From positions 1 to 64,000 of the forward strand of contig JBDOQK010000081.1 in the NCBI GenBank assembly GCA_040437565.1: a DNA stretch of 64,000 bases, in the 5' to 3' direction. The stretch comes from Albugo candida (lineage: Eukaryota). Below, piece by piece: positions 57,226 to 64,000 of the stretch (position 1 is its first letter; the number at the start of each line of letters is the position of its first letter). The notes under the pieces are model-generated. The model was not told the DNA's origin. It saw only the letters and a list, made by a program, of their open reading frames with translations, and ran no database searches. The position numbers were made by a program, and so were the translations under genes.

Positions 57226-57718
57226 ATGGACACACGGTCAATTTTTGCCGTCATTTTGCTTCACTTATTTCTACACTGTGCCGGCACGCGAGGGGCTTTC
57301 CGATTGCGTAAATCTAATTCCACTTTTTCTCTACTCGCAACGACTGCTACTAAATCCGATTGGAAATATTATAAGCAGACTGAAAAGTTTTGCGAGGTTT
57401 CTCTTTCTCTACGCTTTTATCAAAGAATCAGGCAATCTTTCGCGAGTCAATGAATGCTGTTACCGATGGAAGAGTGCACCGTTTCCATCTGAATAGAGCG
57501 CGCCTGCTGCTTTGCGAAACGTATTTAAGAATCTTAGTGGGAGCTGTGAGTCGACAAAAGGTGGCAATAGTTGTTGTCAGCTCTTGTGGAAATCATGTAA
57601 TCAGCGTCATACGAAAGAACACGTGTCTTCCTGCTTGATCAGTCAGAATGTGTCATCAGAGGGTGTTGACACTCGCGCATGTACAATCTATCACCAATCC
57701 TTACAACACATCAAGTGA
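57226..57718 (+). CDS. Candidate small cysteine-rich secreted protein, 2 exons, ~130 aa
   Basis: Signal-peptide-like MDTRSIFAVILLHLFLHCAGTRG. A GT..AG intron 57397-57496 joins in frame to a Cys-rich exon ending at TGA 57718. The splice is inferred. Confidence 0.5.
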
Positions 57719-58014
57719 TGGCTGAGGCACTCCACAAGATGCATAGAGTAAGTGGGGAAGCAAAAATACGCAATAACAGACGTCTCCTATTTTGGCAATA
57801 CTTATTTCAGAGCACCATTCGATAGGACCTTGCCTCGAACAAGTTTCCGCTACTTTTACGCGAGCGTCAATTACAGCCAATCACTAGCGACTGGTCTTTT
57901 AATAAAGACAGCTTGGATACATTATTCTTCCAAAGACGCATATCCTCACACTCATTATAAATAAACTCTTGCAATCCCTCTATATTTACGAAAGCGTAAC
58001 AATAATAAATCCTC

Positions 58015-58670
58015 ATGCTCCATTTTCGACAACGAGTCATTCGCTCTCTTGCTCGCCATGAGCGCGGCTCCCTTGACTGGAACTCAATGTATACAAAGCT
58101 CTCTGATCCTCAAGCTCGTGCGGCATTGGAAGGGCTTCAAAATGTGCACGCGAAAATCCAAACGGAAGCTCGTGAGTATGTCAAAGAGCCTGAGCCCATT
58201 GATTTCGAGCACTACCGATCGATCCTAAAAAACAAAGATTTGGTGGATGCCATTGAGGTAAAGTAAACCTCAGAGGATATCTTCGTCTCAGTTGTATTCT
58301 CTGTAGCAAAACTACAACACCATCAAATTTCCTGTCATTACGCCTCAGCAATTGGATGAACCGGTGGAAGGGTCCGAGATTCAACCAATCAACGAGAAAG
58401 AAATGTTACAAGAAATGGTAACATCCTATATCTGTTATAACACGCAATGTTTATGAAATGTATCAATTCTAACAGTTTAGCGAATTGGATGGACAATTGG
58501 AAGACTCCAAGACGCGAATCACTGAATTGAAAGAATTCATTCGTTTAATGGAAGATACACGAACCACTTTGGACACAACCATGCCTGAGATGACAGCTAT
58601 GTATCCTGAGATCCACGAGGAAATTGACGAAGAAATCGCCAACATGGAATGGGACAAAGATCTCTCATAG
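58015..58670 (+). CDS. ATP7: Mitochondrial ATP synthase subunit d, 3 exons
   Basis: LDWNSM...PEPIDFEHYRSILKNKDLVDAIE | QNY..KFP | ...SKTRITEL...YPEIHEEIDEEIANMEW. Confidence 0.9.
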
Positions 58671-59091
58671 GAAGGAGCGATGTCGTAGTTCTTGCAGAGG
58701 TTCGATTGCAATACGTCGGTGAGATCAATACAGAATCAAAGTCAATTCAGATCGTTTTAAGGGCTCTTCTACTTCTCTCAAATCGCACTCTACAAAAGAC
58801 CCCATCTACAAGCCAAGCCAATGATCAATGTTGGCTATCTTTCAACGATCTCGACGACGGCTGTTATCAAGCGATTGACTACGTAGCTCCCCGGCAGCAG
58901 CAAACGTCCATCACATTCTTCCACGCGGCAGAGTGATCACTCAACCGCGGCATCCTCATTCGATACGACTCTCACTCAGATTCGTACACTCCACCTCTGT
59001 CTGATCGTCTTGTGTACTCGACCCTGTTCGCTTGACCTGACCCAAGACTTTCTATCCCATCGAGGCTATGCGATCGCCTCCCTTCATAGTA

Positions 59092-60691
59092 ATGAGCACT
59101 TTCAAGCACACTGCATCGCCCAGAATTAAATGAGTACCCGCCCTCAATGATCCAAGTCCTGTGAGTAAGTCTTCGAGTTGCAGAGACACTTGCGCTCGAT
59201 TCAAGTCAAAAATAAGCGCTGTTCTTCTGCCAGTAACATCCGTGTATCTTGAAAGGACACGTCATATCGATTCTATCCATAATGGAGGGTTATCTGACGA
59301 AGAAATCGCACCGCTTTGGTCAAATGTAAGCCCTCCCATACGCTAAGACTTTGAGTACCTGGTGATCACTCACTTTCAGGCAGAGACGATATTGCGTCCT
59401 GAAAGGCAGTATGCTTCTGTTCTACCTCACCCAGGACGAATACAAAAGCCATATTGTCCCTCGTAAGGTCCTGGAGGTCGTCGATGTACATGATCGCGGG
59501 CACAGCAGCTTTGAAGTCGAGCAATTGGGAGGAAGAACATATTTCTGCACCTGTACTTCCGTTTCTAATCAAACGAAATGGATAAGCGCTATGAGAGAAG
59601 CCCTGCAGGAGCCGGACCGAATAGCGCAAGAAGAAATCGAGGAAGCACAGCGATTCTTACTCCAGGAAGAGAACGAGCAGAATGAGGCGGTAGGAATCGC
59701 AACAGAAGCGATTAAAAAGGCCCAAGAATACACACAATCAGTCGTCGATATGGATGTCCAAATTCAGGAGATGAAGCTGCTGCGTGCAAAAGTAGAAGAA
59801 ACACTGCAACACACTGCCACGATACATCATTCCTCGACACANNNNNNNNNNNNNNNNNNNNNNNNNNNNNNNNNNNNNNNNNNNNNNNNNNNNNNNNNNN
59901 NNNNNNNNNNNNNNNNNNNNNNNNNNNNNNNNNNNNNNNNNATGAGCACTTTCAAGCACACTGCATCGCCCAGAATTAAATGAGTACCCGCCCTCAATGA
60001 TCCAAGTCCTGTGAGTAAGTCTTCGAGTTGCAGAGACACTTGCGCTCGATTCAAGTCAAAAATAAGCGCTGTTCTTCTGCCAGTAACATCCGTGTATCTT
60101 GAAAGGACACGTCATATCGATTCTATCCATAATGGAGGGTTATCTGACGAAGAAATCGCACCGCTTTGGTCAAATGTAAGCCCTCCCATACGCTAAGACT
60201 TTGAGTACCTGGTGATCACTCACTTTCAGGCAGAGACGATATTGCGTCCTGAAAGGCAGTATGCTTCTGTTCTACCTCACCCAGGACGAATACAAAAGCC
60301 ATATTGTCCCTCGTAAGGTCCTGGAGGTCGTCGATGTACATGATCGCGGGCACAGCAGCTTTGAAGTCGAGCAATTGGGAGGAAGAACATATTTCTGCAC
60401 CTGTACTTCCGTTTCTAATCAAACGAAATGGATAAGCGCTATGAGAGAAGCCCTGCAGGAGCCGGACCGAATAGCGCAAGAAGAAATCGAGGAAGCACAG
60501 CGATTCTTACTCCAGGAAGAGAACGAGCAGAATGAGGCGGTAGGAATCGCAACAGAAGCGATTAAAAAGGCCCAAGAATACACACAATCAGTCGTCGATA
60601 TGGATGTCCAAATTCAGGAGATGAAGCTGCTGCGTGCAAAAGTAGAAGAAACACTGCAACACACTGCCACGATACATCATTCCTCGACACA
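59092..60691. repeat. Gap-flanking direct duplication, 750 nt
   Basis: 59092-59841 = 59942-60691. Confidence 0.95.
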
Positions 60692-63600
60692 GAACCATTT
60701 CAATGAGGCGCTTTTGATAGCAGGGGAACAAGTAATCGATCGTCAGGCTTTAAGCATTGCACCTCCGACTTTGAATCGGGAAGACGCATTCAAACGACTT
60801 GAGGAAGAATTCGACTTGCTCACAAGTGTGATAGCATTTCTCACTCGAAAACGAACGACTTTGATGGATGAGAGTCAAACAGAGAAACAGAATGCAGTCA
60901 GAAGCCTTACCAAAGCTCAAAGCTCCAAGAAAAGCATTCAAATGCATCTTCAGGCATGGAAGAGCTACCAATATGAGCACTCGGAGCCTGACAGCACACA
61001 AAGCAGCCTCCGACCTGATCGCGTGTTCACAACTTCTCATTTGGATGCGATTGCGGAAGGCTATCTTCTCTGTAAACATCCCACAAAGCGATCACAAATG
61101 CAACGTCGATATTACGTTCTCTTTGGTAACACTTTGTGCTGGTTCAAAACCGCAGACAGCTTCCTCGCGTTGAATAGGAAGAAAGCATCCTATCATCCGT
61201 TAGGCCTCGCGCATGTCGAGTCGTGTGAAGATTGGAATGGTAAATTATCGTCTTCCAAAGTCGTACCTCACGCATTCCTCATCGAGACCACAGAGGGAAA
61301 AACAATGTATTGCAGCGCTCCAACACGTTCCATCGCGGAGAATTGGAAACACGCATTACATATTTCAATAACTATGCCGTCGATGTCACCTCATCGAGCC
61401 CTAGCAGCCCGATTTCGTCGGAGTTCTTTCGACCTGTCGATACCTTTACAGAATTTGGCTCAGGAAGTATCACCCGAGCGCACGGTCCAGGCTGTCTTCA
61501 GCTCTCATACGATGGAAGGGTACCTTTTGATTCAGAACGAGGTGTCGGGTCGAATGGAGAAGAAGTTTGTTGTTACAACCAGCCTCAACCTCTTTGTGTA
61601 TGAGACGCACGAAGAATACGAATCGTATCAACTTGGAAGGCTTTTAGAATCAATGGAACCTCTGATCATTCGGAATGTCTTGTTCCTCGAGGATTATGAT
61701 TCCGATGTCAAAGCGTTTTTGAACACTTATGCAAATGGTTTTATTTTAGAGATGGATACGCTAAAGAGGCTCCGATGCAGGGCTCCAAACGCTCGTGAGA
61801 AGGAGAATTGGATACGGGTCATTCAGTCTTCCCTTCCTCTTTCAAAGCCGCCGATTCTGAAAGAGATTGAGCGAGAGAATACAAATTCGCAAAAAGGCGA
61901 TGGAGATGATAAAGCGTCAATCGATTTGGATACAGGCGAAGAGGTGGGAGAACACAGCGGGGAGCTGAGATGGTTTGAATCTGAACAGTGGGAATTCACT
62001 GTACTATCGGGTAAGAAGCTCACGCGATTTGAGCGGAAGTTGGGGCTTTCTTTAGAGACTGTTGAGATTCAGCGAGTTGTAGAAAATGTATCCGATGACC
62101 ACAACCGCTTTATTTTTCACGTCAATTGTCGTGATACGATGGATACAAACTGGAAAATGATCACATTGGAATGCAGGACTGCGAGAGAGAAACAGAGCTG
62201 GTTGAATGCTTTTTTTCATTCCCTTAACGTGAGAATCGATGAGGCCCCACATAGCGATGACATTGAGCAAGTTCCAGGCCTTCTCGATGTCTGCGAAGAC
62301 GTACAATCTGAGCAAGCCACAAGACTCTTAGACGTATGCGAAGACGTACCGATCGAGCAGTTTACCAGCCTTCCAGAAGCCTCCGACAAAATTGTAACGG
62401 AACAAGCTTCAGGCCTTTTGGACGTCTCTGACGACGTAAAGACCGAACAAGTTCCAGGCCTTTCAGAGGTCTCAGCTGACGAACTAATCGAACCAACCAC
62501 AGACTTTGCAGAGGGCTTTGAAGACTTCCAAATTGGCAAAGAACTCGACACAACTCGAGACCTTTTTCGAGCATATCTTGTCCGTTTCTATAACACTTAT
62601 AATCCAAGCAAACTCGCTTCTTTGGACGAACTGATTGCTCATTTTTCTGGAAACGATGGAAAGCGACACCTTCTCAAACAATTGGATGCGGTTTATGGCA
62701 CATCCGTGTCATCTGATCCCGAAATCACTTCACTGATCGAAGAAAGAAGCACGTTTGTTGGCACAACAAAGCCTGCGATGTTGATGGAAGGATACCTTTT
62801 AAAACGCGGTCATCGCATTCCATCCATGAGAAAACGCTATTTTGTACTGCAAAGTGTCGATCCGACTTTGCGATATTTCGAGACGAAAGAGGATGCTGAA
62901 GGCTTTGAATGCGGCTCAAAGCCTTTAGGCGAATTTCAGGTTGCTAACGTATGCAGTTGGCACGGCCGAACGCTGACACAGACTCATCGAAATGGAATGC
63001 AAATAGAAGCTCGTGATGGTCGCATTTACTTCTGCGTCGCCTCCAGCGAAATAGAGAAAGAAAACTGGATTCGAGCCTTCCATCACGCAATCGCTAGTCG
63101 AGAGGCGCTATGTGAAGGTCCTGAGACTCTGTCGTCGCCTTTGAGAGAAAAGCTTTCCGAATTTTACGAACGAGTGAATCCATCCAAACTTTGCGACCTC
63201 GACCTTTTACTCCACTGCTACAAAGACCGTGAGACGGCTTTACTAGAAGCAATCGATTTGCATTACGGGACATCGATCACTGCTGATCCAGAATGGCTTC
63301 ATGTCTTGCCTGAGCCATCTCCTTGCCGAGACTTTCGTCTTACGAATGCTTTGGATACACTCAGTTACGAGGGTCAAATCCTTCGAGCTTCACGGACGCT
63401 CCTTACAAGTGATCTCATCTCCTCCGATTTAAATCATTTGTACGATAAAAGCGTGTCGTTGTTTGCTGTGGTTTCCGGAATCACACTCAAGCTGTACAGC
63501 TGTCGTGCTCAATGGAAAGAAGGGACAAAGCCGAATTCTATTGTGACGATTCTCAGCGTGAAAGACTTGATGGAGAATGCTGAAAACGATCTCTCGGGCC

Positions 63601-64000
63601 GGTTTGCTATCGAAACAGCCGATCATACGTGGCTGCTCCTTCAGGCTCTCCACCACGAAGACAAAGGTATTTGGCTCAAGGTGCTTCACGCTGCTATCGA
63701 CGCGGTGTTTGGGCAAAGTATCTTGGCGGAAGAGCAGCATAGTTGGCTTGATACACTCGAGAACGTTGTGTGGATAGAAAGAGATCATTCGTTTGAGAGG
63801 AAGGCGCTTGCACTTCGAGGGAATACGTTACGCGTTGGTATCGATAGCGATGAGGTTGTCCTGCTGGTAGAAGGGATTTCGGCATGGGAGGTGGATGTCA
63901 AGGCCTCCGAATTGCCAGAGAAGTACCCATTCCAAATCGATGCGGAAGGTGGAGTCAAACTGCGCTGTTTGGTCGAAAACGACGTTATTCGTGCGCATTG
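59282..64000 (+). CDS. Large multi-PH-domain protein; continues beyond window end, start uncertain
   Basis: MEGYLTKKSHRFGQM | QRRYCVLKG, then further PH starts AEGYLLCKH, MEGYLLIQN, HSGELRW, MEGYLLKRGHRIPSMRKRYFVL, YEGQILR, with downstream Trp-containing helices. The frame appears open from ~60230 to the end, so it is absent from the ORF track. 59092-59841 is duplicated as 59942-60691. Confidence 0.88.
62265..62489 (+). repeat. Coding tandem repeat, 5 x 45 nt (15 aa)
   Basis: Units start at 62265, 62310, 62355, 62400, 62445: EQVPGLLDVCEDVQS / EQATRLLDVCEDVPI / EQFTSLPEASDKIVT / EQASGLLDVSDDVKT / EQVPGLSEVSADELI. Confidence 0.9.

Noticed and set aside
62265..62489. Regularly spaced 45-nt repeats as a possible CRISPR-like array
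   Set aside because: In-frame degenerate coding repeats with no unique spacers, in a eukaryotic gene with no cas genes nearby.
1..64000. tRNA, rRNA, snRNA genes and transposase or reverse-transcriptase remnants
   Set aside because: No recognisable signatures by eye; a tRNAscan, Infernal and repeat-library scan is needed to exclude degenerate copies.

Overview
Eukaryotic, gene-dense draft-assembly sequence from an oomycete, most plausibly an Albugo-type (white rust) genome. This is inferred from the short (~50-65 nt) GT-AG introns, very short intergenic spacers, oomycete-type PLD-like and WRKY19-like genes, and retained flagellar genes. About 33 protein-coding genes are supported: housekeeping genes (RRP41, VPS16, TAF2, nucleostemin-like GTPase, SCOT, ATP synthase d, complex I B14.5b, kinesin-6, UBR1-like E3, ALDH3, PDI-C, RluA-type synthase, 5'-nucleotidase, Urc4/Urg3), a three-gene phospholipase D-like cluster, flagellar genes, several orphan secreted proteins, and PH-domain proteins running off both ends. 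There are 14 gaps of 100 N. Thirteen are flanked by direct duplications, which are unmerged contig or haplotype overlaps (some with SNPs) and artificially split VPS16, UBR1, one PLD and others. I found no rRNA, tRNA, CRISPR array or recognisable transposon, and no unambiguous new multi-gene system. The best leads are a C2H2 factor with paired His/Cys metal-binding repeats (candidate zinc sensor), a KIX-like + F-box + LRR protein, the PLD cluster with three different non-canonical first HKD motifs, an unannotated spliced cysteine-rich secreted protein, and a MED21-like gene running into the only true gap. All family assignments come from motif recognition by eye, not database searches.
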